From NCBI RefSeq assembly GCF_000143415.4, contig NW_003314261.1, positions 1,372,586 to 1,436,585 on the forward strand: DNA of 64,000 bases, written 5' to 3'. A model generated the notes under the pieces. It ran no database searches, was not told the DNA's origin, and was given only the letters and a program-made list of their open reading frames with translations. Made by a program: the position numbers and the translations under genes. The DNA comes from Selaginella moellendorffii. Lineage: Eukaryota > Plantae > Lycopodiophyta. Below are positions 49,152-60,448 of this stretch, one piece after another. Numbering within the stretch: position 1 is the stretch's first letter; each line of letters opens with the position of its first letter.

Positions 49152-52100
49152 CTAAACAAGGTCAGGAGAATGAATCAGGTTGTCCGCAGGTTCCCAAGTG
49201 CGTTCCTCAGGTCCGTAACCCTTCCAGTCCACCAGATAGTAGAGTTTAGACCGTGAAATCTTGGAATCAAGGATGTCCTGAACCTCATACTTAGACCCAT
49301 CCTCGAGTTGCACTGGTGGAGGCGGAGGAATGACCCGATTTGGAATAGGACTGGGAATATAAGGCTCAAGGAGAGAGGAGTGAAAAACGGGGTGAATTTG
49401 ATATGAGGAGGGAAGTGCAAGGCGATAAGTGACAGGATTAATGATGGCAGTGATAGGGAAAGGACCAAGGCGTTTGAAATCGAGTTTTGGACAGGGCCTG
49501 GTGGTGGAGATATTTCGCCTGAGGAGCCAAACTTTATCCCCGATATTGTAAGGGGGACAATCCTGACGATGGACATTGGCAAATGTTTTATGAGATTCCT
49601 GAGCACGATGGAGGTGGAAGGAGATGGAGTTGTGGATTTCCTGGAGGTTGGAGATAAATGCCTCAGAGCGGGGATTTGAACGAAAGGATTCAGATGGAGA
49701 AGGAAGTGAGAGATTGAATCGGGGATTTCGGCCAGAGTTTGCAAAGAAGGGGGAAACTCGAAGAGAGGAGTGAACAGAGTTGTTATAGGAAAACTCAGCA
49801 AGGGGAAGGATATCGAACCAGTTATCCTGATGATAGTTGATGAAGCACCTCAAGAATTGTTCCAACGTCTGAATCGTTCGCTCGGATCGCCCATCAGTTT
49901 GAGGATGATATGCCGAAGAGAGGTTGGCCTTCACTCCAAGCAACTGCAAAAACCGTTGCCAGAAATGAGAGATGAACTGAGGCCCCCGATCCGAAACCAC
50001 ATCTGTAGGAATCCCATGAAGTCGGAAAATTTCCCTGAATACCAGTTTTGCCACGTCCTCGCCCAAAAACTCCTTGGTACATGGCAAGAAGTGCGCCATC
50101 TTTGTGAAGCGATCCACCACGACTAAAATGTTGTTGAAGCCTCCAGAACTCGGAAGATCACTCAAGAAATCCATGGAGATGGATTCCCAAGGACCTGAAG
50201 GGACCGGAAGGGAACGAAGCAAACCTGAAGGAAGGTGGCGAGGTACCTTATTCCGAGCACAAGTGTCACAGGAGGTAACAAAAGCTTTGATGTAGTCGTC
50301 CATGTGAGGCCACCAAAAGTCCCGTGCAACTAGCTCATAGGTTTTCGCAATGCCGAAGTGACTAGCAGTCGGGCTATCGTGGCACGCCATCAGGACCAAC
50401 CTTCGAGCATCACCTTCAGGAACGTAAAGCTGCTCCCCACGATACAATAAGCCATCTAAGAACTCGAACTCGTCAAATCGCCGGCAGTCGGGAGTCACTG
50501 GGTGTCTAGCCTGAAGATGGGGGAAAATGTCGCTAGCGAGATCATCGGATTGAAGATCGTTTCTGATTGCATCCATCAAGGAGGAGTCCTGAGGGGCCAA
50601 GGAAATTGCCATAACTTGAAGCCGATCAGGACCGAGGATAACTTGATCCTGTTGATCGAAGGCAGGATTACCAGGCCTGAGACTGAGATAGGAGCGCCTT
50701 GAAAGAGCATCAGGAAGGCCTTGAAACTTTCCAGGTCTGTACTTGATAACAAAGTCAAACCGACTCAGGAATTGTGCCCACCTTGCTTGACGACGGCTTA
50801 AAACTCGGGAAGTGGCAAAGTACTCGAGATTTTTGTGATCCGTCCAGACTGTTGTTTGATGGCTCGCCCCCTCCAAGAAACGGCGCCACTCTCCAAAGGA
50901 ATCCACGATGGCAAGGAGCTCCTTGTCGTGGATTTCGTAATTGATCTCCGCAGGGTGGAATTTCCGAGAATGGAAAGCGACCGGATGAAGTTCGTGATCC
51001 GCTCCGAGTTGAGACAGCACAACACCAATGGCAAAGTCGGAGGCATCAGCCTCGATGAAGAAAGGTTGTGAGGAATCAGCATGGATCAAGACAGGAGCAG
51101 AACTGAAGGCCGCCTTGAGTGTGTCGAAAGCCTGCTGGGCAGCAGCAGACCAAGAGAAGGGAACATCCTTGCGAGTGAGATGTGTGAGAGGAAGGACAAT
51201 GTCAGAGTATTGATCAATGAATTTGCGGTAGAAGTTGGCGAAGCCAAGGAAAACCTGAACGTCTGACATTGATTGTGGAGGCTCCCATTCGAGAATAGTC
51301 TTGACTTTAGCAGGATCCATCGTGATACCCTCAGGAGTGACAATGTACCCAAGGAACTCCACAGACTGCTGATCAAAGGAACATTTCTCAAGCTTCGCGT
51401 ATAGGCCGTGTTCTCGTAGCTTCGCTAGCACCTTGCAAACATGTTCGTCATGCTCCTCCTGAGTTTTTGAGTAGATGAGGATGTCATCGAGGTAGACGAT
51501 CACCATCTGATCAAGAAACTCCCAAAAAACGTCGTTCGCCATGTGTTGGAAAACCGCTGGAGCATTTGTCAAGCCAAATGGCATGACAGTGTACTCGAAG
51601 TGGCCATAGCGGGTTCGGAACGCAGTCTTCCATTCATCACCAGGCCGGATCCGGATCAGGTTGTATGCTCCACGGAGGTTGATCTTGGTGAAGAAGCGGG
51701 CACCACCAAGGCGTTCCAACAGGTCCGAGATCAGGGGCAGCGGATAACGGTTCCGAACAGTCACCTTGTTCAAACCTCGGTAGTCGATGACTAGCCGCAA
51801 GCTCCCATCCTTCTTCTTGACAAAGAAGACAAGCGCTCCAGCCGGGGATTGTGAATGCTGAATGTAGCCCGAGGCAAGGTTCTCATCCACGTACTCTTTG
51901 AGGGCCTTAAGCTCGGATGGGGATAACCCGTAGATAGGCCCCCACGGAGGTGACGCTCCTTCCTGTAAATCAATGGGACAATCATAAGGCCGATGAACAG
52001 GCAGTACACTAGCTTTTTTCTTGTCAAACACATCCCCAAAATCATGATACTTCTCAGGAAGACTGACAGGAGAAACATGCAAAGCAAAAAGAAAAAGAGG

Positions 52101-52802
52101 TTCTTCATGAAGGAGTTCTTTCATAGTGATTGTGGAGATAGGAGAAGGGGTACGACTAAATGGAATGATGAGACAAGGATACTGTCCAGTGTAAGATGGA
52201 AGAGAGGAAAAAGAAGAGGATGAAAACTTCGTAGAGTCAGGAACAGAACCCCAACTTGAGTTTAGGGAACTGTTCCTGATTCGGACTCGATGAACACTAG
52301 GGGAAGCCGTGGGAGATGGTGATGTGGGAGAGATGAGCTGTAAGTCCTTCCAACAAATCAGAGGCTGATGTAGTTGGAACCAAGGAAGACCGAGCACCAC
52401 AGAGGAGGACTTGCTGTTGATGATGTTGAAGGCGATATCGGTGACGGTGGACCCGATATGTACTCGAACGGGCAACGTTTCCCTAAGTCCAGAAGATGGA
52501 GACACAAAATGCCCGCCGATGCCTTCAACCCTCAGAGCCCGTATGGTAGGAGAAAGAGGAACATGATATCGGGCAGCAAAGTCCGTGTCCATGAAGCAGG
52601 AAGTTGCACCCGAGTCCAGTAGCGCCAAAGCCTTGAGTCCTGATTGTCCGGTGAAAGGAAGGAGACATGGGACGCGGAAGTTGCGGGAATTGGTGGTGGC
52701 TTTGATGAAAGGTGGTGAGGAGCTTGATAAGGAAGAAAAGTGATTTTTATTTGGGGAGTCCAAACAGACAGCTCCTATTCTGTTTGGACAGGGTAGTTTC
52801 CC
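49152..52802 (-). CDS. pol: Retrotransposon pol (PR-RT-RH-IN-chromodomain), expressed by -1 frameshift
   Basis: LLDSGA, YLDD, EADASD, HHCC/DDE integrase, GPF, YEV..ILD....YLVDWKGY...TWEP. Confidence 0.93.
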   Translation of the reverse strand, partial: GKLPCPNRIGAVCLDSPNKNHFSSLSSSSPPFIKATTNSRNFRVPCLLPFTGQSGLKALALLDSGATSCFMDTDFAARYHVPLSPTIRALRVEGIGGHFVSPSSGLRETLPVRVHIGSTVTDIAFNIINSKSSSVVLGLPWFQLHQPLICWKDLQLISPTSPSPTASPSVHRVRIRNSSLNSSWGSVPDSTKFSSSSFSSLPSYTGQYPCLIIPFSRTPSPISTITMKELLHEEPLFLFALHVSPVSLPEKYHDFGDVFDKKKASVLPVHRPYDCPIDLQEGASPPWGPIYGLSPSELKALKEYVDENLASGYIQHSQSPAGALVFFVKKKDGSLRLVIDYRGLNKVTVRNRYPLPLISDLLERLGGARFFTKINLRGAYNLIRIRPGDEWKTAFRTRYGHFEYTVMPFGLTNAPAVFQHMANDVFWEFLDQMVIVYLDDILIYSKTQEEHDEHVCKVLAKLREHGLYAKLEKCSFDQQSVEFLGYIVTPEGITMDPAKVKTILEWEPPQSMSDVQVFLGFANFYRKFIDQYSDIVLPLTHLTRKDVPFSWSAAAQQAFDTLKAAFSSAPVLIHADSSQPFFIEADASDFAIGVVLSQLGADHELHPVAFHSRKFHPAEINYEIHDKELLAIVDSFGEWRRFLEGASHQTTVWTDHKNLEYFATSRVLSRRQARWAQFLSRFDFVIKYRPGKFQGLPDALSRRSYLSLRPGNPAFDQQDQVILGPDRLQVMAISLAPQDSSLMDAIRNDLQSDDLASDIFPHLQARHPVTPDCRRFDEFEFLDGLLYRGEQLYVPEGDARRLVLMACHDSPTASHFGIAKTYELVARDFWWPHMDDYIKAFVTSCDTCARNKVPRHLPSGLLRSLPVPSGPWESISMDFLSDLPSSGGFNNILVVVDRFTKMAHFLPCTKEFLGEDVAKLVFREIFRLHGIPTDVVSDRGPQFISHFWQRFLQLLGVKANLSSAYHPQTDGRSERTIQTLEQFLRCFINYHQDNWFDILPLAEFSYNNSVHSSLRVSPFFANSGRNPRFNLSLPSPSESFRSNPRSEAFISNLQEIHNSISFHLHRAQESHKTFANVHRQDCPPYNIGDKVWLLRRNISTTRPCPKLDFKRLGPFPITAIINPVTYRLALPSSYQIHPVFHSSLLEPYIPSPIPNRVIPPPPPVQLEDGSKYEVQDILDSKISRSKLYYLVDWKGYGPEERTWEPADNLIHSPDLV

Positions 52803-53746
52803 GACTGCAACAGAAGTGGACTTTGAGGCAGAGTGAACTCGAGCAATCGGGGAGGCTTCCTGGGACACATAGCTGCTTTGTGATTAGGATCAGCACAGTA
52901 GAGGCAAAGATTATGAGATATTCGACGTTGCCTCTCAGCAGGACTCAACTTCCCTCTAATGAGTCGGGGAGTACCAGAAATATCCATCGGGACCGGAGCA
53001 GTAGGTTCAGGACTATGCCCCGAAGACTCAAGCTGGGATTCCTGAGTCTGGGATGGAAAAACAGCGGCGCGGCGACTTTCCTGACGACGTTCAAAGAGAC
53101 GATTGTCACATCGAACAGCTTTGTTGATGGCGTCCGACAGGTCCTTAGGATCCTCCATGGTGAGCAACAAATCCTTGACATCGTTGTTGAGGCCGAAACG
53201 AAATTGGTCAATCAGGGCCCGCTCATCCCACTGAGTGTCCAAGGCAAGGAGTTGGAACTCTGCAGCATAGATCGAGGCAGGACGAGACCCCTGAGAGAGA
53301 CGTCTCATCTTTGTGGTAGCAGCCCGAACCCGATCCGTCTCGCCAAAACATGCTTCGAGCTTCTCTTTGAACAATTGAAGATCCATCAGCTCCGGAACCA
53401 CGACCCCTTTCATGCTCTTCTCCAAAAGAAGAGAAAACCATGACAAAGCTGCACCCTCGAGCAACGTCCCAATCGTGCTGATTTGAGACTCGGGAGTGGG
53501 GTACCGCCGATGTTGAAGTGCAAAGATCAGCTCCATTTGGTTCAAAAATCCACGAAGCTCCGAACGCTTGCCTGAAAATTTCGCCGGGAAACTCACCTTC
53601 GGTTCAGGAACTTTGTTGGATCCTTGAGCCGAAAGTGAAGCAAGCTCCTGCTGCATGCGAAGAAGGGTTGCCTTCAGCTCGGTATTCTCAGACTGGATTT
53701 TTGCAAGGACTTCAGCAAAGAAATCAGGATGGCTTGGAGACTCCAT
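52775..53746 (-). CDS. gag: Retrotransposon gag with CCHC knuckle
   Basis: PAKFSG, L.Q......YAAEF, F..GL..DVKD, PVPMDI, CLYCADPNHKAAMC. Confidence 0.92.
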   Translation of the reverse strand: MESPSHPDFFAEVLAKIQSENTELKATLLRMQQELASLSAQGSNKVPEPKVSFPAKFSGKRSELRGFLNQMELIFALQHRRYPTPESQISTIGTLLEGAALSWFSLLLEKSMKGVVVPELMDLQLFKEKLEACFGETDRVRAATTKMRRLSQGSRPASIYAAEFQLLALDTQWDERALIDQFRFGLNNDVKDLLLTMEDPKDLSDAINKAVRCDNRLFERRQESRRAAVFPSQTQESQLESSGHSPEPTAPVPMDISGTPRLIRGKLSPAERQRRISHNLCLYCADPNHKAAMCPRKPPRLLEFTLPQSPLLLQSGNYPVQTE

Positions 53747-53844
53747 TGGCAAGAAGAAAGAAAAGAAAAGGGGGAAAAAGACAAAGGCAATCAAATAATC
53801 AAAACGAGCTAAAAGAAAAGCAAAAAACACAATCTGAATCAAAC

Positions 53845-54283
53845 TGTCAAGACCCCCAACAAGATCAAGATTGGAAAATGCTAAAGACAAAGAGAAAAAG
53901 CTAGTGAAAACAAAGAAGAGGCCTTAGACTGGTGTTGATTCAGATTGTGGAGAAATGGAACAAGGCTAACCTATATATACTATAGGTTGATGAAGCTCCA
54001 CCACTCTTGGATCAAGGACGGCCTAAATATAGCTGAGGTCGAGGAGGTGCCACATCATCATCAGGAATGTGGCTCGAGACTCAGGAATCGGGAAATGTCT
54101 CGAGACTCAGGAATCGGGAAGTGTCTCGAGAGTCAGGAATAGGGAAGTGTCTCGAGACTCAGGAATCGGGAAGTGTCTCGAGAGTCAGGAATAGGGAAGT
54201 GTCTCGAGACTCAGGAATGTGGTCTACAGATCAGGAATCCGACGAGAGTCAGGAATGTGGCAAGAATTGGGGGATTCCTGACA
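53845..54283 (-). repeat. Chromovirus 5' LTR
   Basis: About 11 substitutions relative to the 3' LTR, counted by eye; TATA at 53972-53979. Confidence 0.95.
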
Positions 54284-54365
54284 GTGTTGACAAGCACTAC
54301 CATGGATGGAATGGGATTTGGTGGGGTTAGAGGGATATTAGAAGGGTGTTTCTTATATCCCTAAG

Positions 54366-57300
54366 TGTTATGATCCGACGCAAAAAAACAGAAATCTAAT
54401 TGCCCTAGACTATGCTATACCACCTCTTGAGGTTCCTCACCACCCAACCACCCCGAAACTACTTCAAAAGCTCCACTGTACTGTCGCCCACTGTGAGCCC
54501 TAGGGTAGGGTTGAGTCCCTTACCCTAACATGCCTTAATATACACTTAAGCCTCCTTTTGACCAACATTGACCATGTGGTCAAAGATGGCACCTAACAAT
54601 TATTCCCCCCAAACAAAGTCCTTGTCCCAAGGATGAGTTGTATCGGTGATCACCTTTTCTAGGGAACCTTGCTCAAGCTCTTGGTCCATCTTCCACAGCC
54701 GTATACATCAAGGAGGCATTAGGCCCATCACTCCGAGATAGTACACCTTTCAACTGGCTAACATAAAATACCAGATGAATTTTCACCCCAGCTGGCAGCC
54801 ACACCTGATAAGCCACTTTACCAATGCACTCTAACACTTCATATGGACTAGCATATTAATGGGAAAGTTTATCACTCTTCCCTATCTGTAAAGGCACCTG
54901 TGAGACACAAAATCCCTAGGCCCCAAAGTGGAGCCAGAAGGGCGCCATATGGTGGTGGCCGAAGCGAAAGCCAAACGAGTGTAACACGTTTGGACTAAAA
55001 GCTTTGACTTGAAAGGTCGAGAGCAGGAGTGGAACTCCCAACAAGGTGCTCAAGGAGCAAGCACGAAGCGAGCAATAAGCGAAGCTCCAAAAAGGGACCC
55101 AAAAGGACCAACACATGACACGTGGAAGTGTCTGAGATGGAGTCCGAGATGGACCCAAGGTGGAGTCTGAGGTGGAGTCCGAGATGGAGTCCGAGATGGA
55201 CCAAGATGGAGTCCGAGATGGAGTCCAAGATGGACTGGGATGGAGTCTGAGATGGAGTCCGAGATGGACTGAGACGGAGTCTGAGATGGAGTCTGAGATG
55301 GAGTCCGAGATGGACCAAGACGGAGTCTGAGATGGACCGAGACGAAGTCCAAGATGGAGTCCGTGATGGGCTCGAGATGGAATCCAAGATGGAGTCTGAG
55401 AAGGACCCAAGATGGAGTCCGAGGTCGAGACCGAGACCAGGACCGAGACCAAGACCGAGACCAAGACCGAGATCAGAACCAAGACCGAGACCGAGGCCGA
55501 GGCCGAGATCGAGCCCGAGTCTGAGTCCAAGTCCAAGTCCGAGTCCGAGTCCGAGTTCGAGTCTGAGAGGGTGAAAGCCCAAAGCGTTCGTCTCCCAAAC
55601 CCTGGGGGGTTTGGTGAGCTCCAAAAGTATAGTAAGGGGGGAGGACTACAGTGGAGCCAGTTTGGCCAGGAAACGCCAGTTTGGCCTAGGAAGGCCAAAC
55701 CCAGTGTTGGGTGATGAATTGACCACTGGGAAGTCCAAGACTAGAGTGAATATGGACCGACAAGTGGGGTAGCTTGGTGAAGTGTTCAAGAGCCAGCTCT
55801 AGTTCCCCCGGGAGATTGACTGGCCGATGCTCCCAGTCCAAGTGTGGGTGGCATTACCTGCTTGGATACCTGGTGTGGCTCAACGGAACCTCACTCTAAG
55901 CTCATGGCTAGAGCACCTAAAGGTGGAAGGTGGGAAGAGTACCCATGGGGCTCGCGTAGGGCTACGGTGTTCCGAAATATTGTCTCGAAGTCCCAAATAG
56001 GGGAAAGGAGGAGGAGCAGTCCTCTAGTGTAGTGATTACGGATACGGTCACAGGGTGAGGAAGTCCCAGAGGACAATGGGACTTAGTGGTCGGGCTTGTG
56101 GGCCTTGATCTAGTGGCAGTGTCGGCGAACATGGCTATGGACAGAAAAGGGACTTGGTAGGAACTGACAAAGGGATATTGGGGAAGGCTATTCCCCATGT
56201 CTGTAGGCATCCTAAGGATGCTAAGGAGTGGATCTAGGTTGACCACTCGTGGATGGATGGCTCAGTCTTGGAAAGACGGGATTGTGATGCAAGTGGTATT
56301 GGACCACTAGTGCGGCAAAGGTGATGGGCATGGCCTTAGCGTAATGGGCTGATATGTCAGTGGTACCTTTGGGGTGTCAGTCTTGGGACTAGACACGTGG
56401 AGCACTTGGACCAAGTGCAAGGGATGAGTGGCATGGATGCCATTCTCGGGACTAGCAAGTCCCAAGTCCTGAATTGGATATAAGGAGGTTGTGAATGAGA
56501 CTCCTCCAAGTGGTCAGAGGTGTGGTTAAGTGACTAAAGTAGAATGGAAAATTTAGTCGCTTACAGCACCATGGTGTTCTGCTGCTCACTTGACAGAAAG
56601 ATCACTCGCACAAAGACGAAATCACCCACCTTATATTCCCAAAATTGGCGATGCTTATTGGCAAACTTCTCCACTCTATCCTGAGCTACTTGCAAATTCC
56701 GTTTGCACACCACCAGAACCTCATTAAGTTCTGTGGCCAGATCAGTTGCCTAGGAATCAAGCTTATTTTAAACATCCTTACTCAAATGCAATCCCAACTC
56801 CACTGTTGTTTGGGGATGCTTTCCAAATATGGCAAAGTAAAGACTTAGCTTGGTTCCACTATGTTGGCTATTATTGTAAGGAAATTGCACCAATGGAAGA
56901 TATAGATCTCACTATCCTTGCCTTTGACCAATGCTACAATGTAGTATATCCTCCACCACTTGATTCACATGCTTAGTTTGCCCATCCAATTGAGGATGAT
57001 CTCCACTCGAGAGTTTCAAAATCACTTGCATAGCCTTTGCAAAGCTTTTCCAAAACCCACTAGTGAACTTTAAATCTCAATCACTAATGATGTCCTCCGG
57101 CAAACCAAAATCAGGAAAAACCTTCTCCAAGTAAACTGCAGCCAAGTCAGAGGCAGTGACAATTTTCCGAAGAGCCAACAACCGCACATACTTCGTCAAC
57201 CGATCCACTATGACCCATACTTGCTCCTTTTGCCTCTGTGTTCGTGGCAAATAAGTGATGAAGTCCATAGAGATATTACACTAACAGCTCTAAGGAATAG

Positions 57301-59145
57301 GTAAAGGTGCAAAAGTCCCCCCAGTTTCTCTCGTGGCACTTTAACCCACTGATAGAGGTCGCATGATTTACAATACTTGAGGATATCAACCTTCATATTC
57401 CACTAATAAAAATTGTGCTTAATCAAGTCATACGTCTTCTCCCCCCCAAAATAATTGGCCTCTGGACGATCATGATAGTGGAATAAAACTTGAGTAATTA
57501 ACGCATCCACCTATGGCAAATATACATGATCATTGTAGTAGAGAATCCCATCCACTAATGAGAAAGGGGCTTTTATCTGGTCTCGCAAAGAGGCCATCTT
57601 AGCATCTTGAGTTTGAGCATGCTCAACCAACTGCCCAAACTTGCTGACCACCTTACTCAAATGATGACAAAATTGTGTTTGTAACATCATCACATAACAA
57701 ACACGCGATAAAGCATCTACCACCACATTTGATTTTCCTGGACGATGCTCAATAGGAAACTCCCCAAATTCCATGAGTTTGACCATCTAGCAAGCTTGCC
57801 TAGTGTTCAACTCCTTTTGTGTGAAAAGATACACAAGTGGTTTGTGATCTGTCAACACCACGAACACTGCACCATAAAGATAGTGTCGCCACGTCCACAA
57901 AGCATGAACAATCGAAAGTAACTCTTGCTCATATGTGGAATAGCATTGCTCCGTGGAATTCAAAGTCGACTCTCATATGCAATAGGTTGTCCCTCTTGCA
58001 TGAGAACTCCTCCCAGTGCATAACCACTCACATTGCATGTCACCTTGTAAGGTTTCGATAGATCAGCAATACGAAGCACTGGAGTCTTGCTCAACAATCA
58101 TTTTAGCGCCACAAAACTCTCCTTTTGTGGCTTCTTCCATTGAATGGCACATTCTTGCGTAACAACCATGTCAAAAGAATAGCCACCTCTGCAAACTTAT
58201 GTTGGAAACATTAGTAGTAACTACCTATACCAAGAAAATTGCACAACTCAGCCATTGTAGTCGGTGTAGGCCAGTTTTCCACCACAGCCACATTCCTTGG
58301 ATCCGTCTTGACACCCTTAGATGTCACAATATAACCTAGATATTCCACCTCCAACTTTGCAAACTCACATTTGCTCTTCTTCGCATAAAGCTTGTTGTCT
58401 CGGAGTAACAAAAGAATCTTGTGTAAATGCACCTTATGCTCCTTCATATTCTTGCTAAAAACAGGAATATCGTCCAAGAAAATCTCCATAAACTCATGAA
58501 GATAATGCCTAAATACCTCCATCATCAACTGAGTAAATGTGGCTGGTGCATTCGTTAAACCAAACGGTATAACTGTAAACTCAAAATGTCTGAAGCTTGT
58601 GTTGAATGCCATCTTGGAGATAAATGCATCATCTATTGCAATCTGATGATATCCACTCCTCAAATCAATCTTGGTAAACACTCGTGCTTCACCAAACTTG
58701 TCTAGGATATCATCCACATGTGGCATTGGCATCTTATCCTTCATTGTTTTCTTGTTCAAAGTGCAGTAGTCAATACACATCTACATTGAACCGTCCTTCT
58801 TTTTCACAAACAAGACTGGAGCACCAAACAAAGACTTACTTGGCTGAATAAATCCAAACTCAAGTAATTCCTTGACTTGTTGTTGAACTTCTTGCTCCTC
58901 CGCATAATTTAACCGAAATGGATGCTGGTAAATTAGCCGCGTCCCCGGCTCCAATGTAATCCCATGCTCCACACCTCATAATGGAGGCAACCCATGAGGA
59001 AGTTCAGATGGAAAAACATCAGAAAACTCGTCAAGTACATCCCATACTACTGCTTCTCCCCCATACGTGCCTTGGTCCCCCAAGTCACGAATAAATAGCA
59101 AGTAACTCAAAAGTGTTTTTCCATTACGACAAGTCCACTTCAAAG
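54366..59145 (-). mobile_element. Second, decayed and 5'-truncated Ty3/gypsy element
   Basis: 3' LTR TGTTA...TAACA (54366-54598) and PPT ggggggaataat; integrase GPY-type end; RT (KIDLRSGYHQ, FLDD), DVFPSELPHGLPP; many stops; no gag or 5' LTR seen. Confidence 0.88.
54899..56565. mobile_element. 1667-bp solo LTR with 12-bp and 6-bp tandem repeats, inserted in the integrase of the second gypsy element
   Basis: TGTGAG...CTTACA termini, TSD GCACC (54894-54898 / 56566-56570); (gagatggagtcy)n at 55133-55420. The integrase frame NTMV/PLQIGK rejoins when it is removed. Confidence 0.88.
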
Positions 59146-59504
59146 ATGGGGGATGGTCCAAAATTGAGTTGAGCTCATGAGTTGAGCTCAATTCAACACA
59201 AGTCAACTCAAGTCAACATAGTCAATAAGAAATATTACAAAGGAGATCTAAATTGAACAAATGAAGGTTCTAGCAAACTTTAAAATATTAAAATACGTAA
59301 ATATCTAAGTTAAAAGTTTCTATAAGATTGAATTGTTTAAAAAAGACAAAGTTCATGAGAACCTATCTTTTATAAAACTATATTATTTTATTATGACAAC
59401 TGTTACAGCTGTCATATTTGATTTGACTACTTAATATTTTGAATACTTTTACAGCTGTAGATACTATTCCTTCATTCAAAAGAGTTTTTAGGGTTCTTGA
59501 GAAG

Positions 59505-59753
59505 ATGGGAAGCAAGGAAAATACAAGATCTGTGAGTAAGAGTTGTAGTGCAAAGGAATGTGAGAATGTTAATTTTATTTCACTACCACAATCTCCATAT
59601 TACACTCCTGGTCCTTATTACCCATCTGGGAATGTGGAGACCACTATCACGATTGATAAAAATGCTCCTGTTATTTCTGAAACAACAGTCCAGAGCAAGA
59701 GAAATGAAGAAATGAACAGCACAGCGGAAAGCGCCAAGAAATCTACTCCATAA
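59505..59753 (+). CDS. Short hypothetical ORF
   Basis: 82-codon ORF in AT-rich DNA; no recognisable motif. Confidence 0.25.
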   Translation: MGSKENTRSVSKSCSAKECENVNFISLPQSPYYTPGPYYPSGNVETTITIDKNAPVISETTVQSKRNEEMNSTAESAKKSTP

Positions 59754-60218
59754 AACTTTCCATGACATTTGTAATTTACATATTAATTCATATTAAAAAC
59801 TCTATTGCTTGCCTATATTGCAATCCTCTCATATGATAAGACCAAGGTATATTTTGCAGTGAATCCTCATTAAAAGTTTTTGGGAATTGTTTGTAAATAA
59901 TGATAAAAGAAATCAAAATCTTTCGAAAGACTCAAAAGTAATATGACATCAAAGAATCAACTTTATCTACATTTCCAAGACTAAAAGGCAATCTCACATG
60001 AGAGAATGGTAGCGTGCCAACGTGCTCTACCACTATAATGTGGTCTATATTTCCTTGCAATTTATTTCCGTAGACATTTGGCATGTGTATATGTGTAGCA
60101 AAGTAGGATTCATCATAATGATAGAGCATGTGTATACACGATAATCTAAAATTCTAGAAGCTCTTATGTTTACAAGAAAGCTATGATTATGAAGCCCCAT
60201 TTCCAAGACTGACATTTA

Positions 60219-60360
60219 AAGAATCTGAGTATTGTCAGTGTCATAATAAATAAACCTCATTCCCAAGAATCTGAGTATTGTCAGTGTCATAATAAATAAA
60301 CCTCGTTCCCAAGAATCTGAGTATTGTCAGTGTCATAATAAATAAACCGCATTCCCAAGA
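60219..60360. repeat. 46-bp tandem repeat x3 upstream of a TATA box
   Basis: aagaatctgagtattgtcagtgtcataataaataaacctcattccc x3; TATATAAA at about 60373. Confidence 0.9.
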
Positions 60361-60448
60361 CTAAAACTTAGTATATAAACTATCTAGAAAAGTTATAGTC
60401 ATTGTAGGTTTTTTGTTCTCCTTGAGCTCCTTAGAAGTTTATATTGAA

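Larger units (their letters stand above)
48579..54283 (-). mobile_element. Ty3/gypsy chromovirus (Tcn1/Tf1-like), full-length
   Basis: 439-bp LTRs, TSD GTGTT (48574-48578 / 54284-54288), PPT next to 49017, gag plus pol ending in a chromodomain. Confidence 0.96.

Noticed and set aside
52753-52790. Pseudoknot downstream of the frameshift site
   Set aside because: The potential second stem (GGAG/CUCC) abuts stem 1 with no connecting loop; only a hairpin is supported.
54916-55714. Long ORFs with SD/LG/PR repeats
   Set aside because: By-products of 6- and 12-bp tandem repeats within a solo LTR; open in several frames on both strands.
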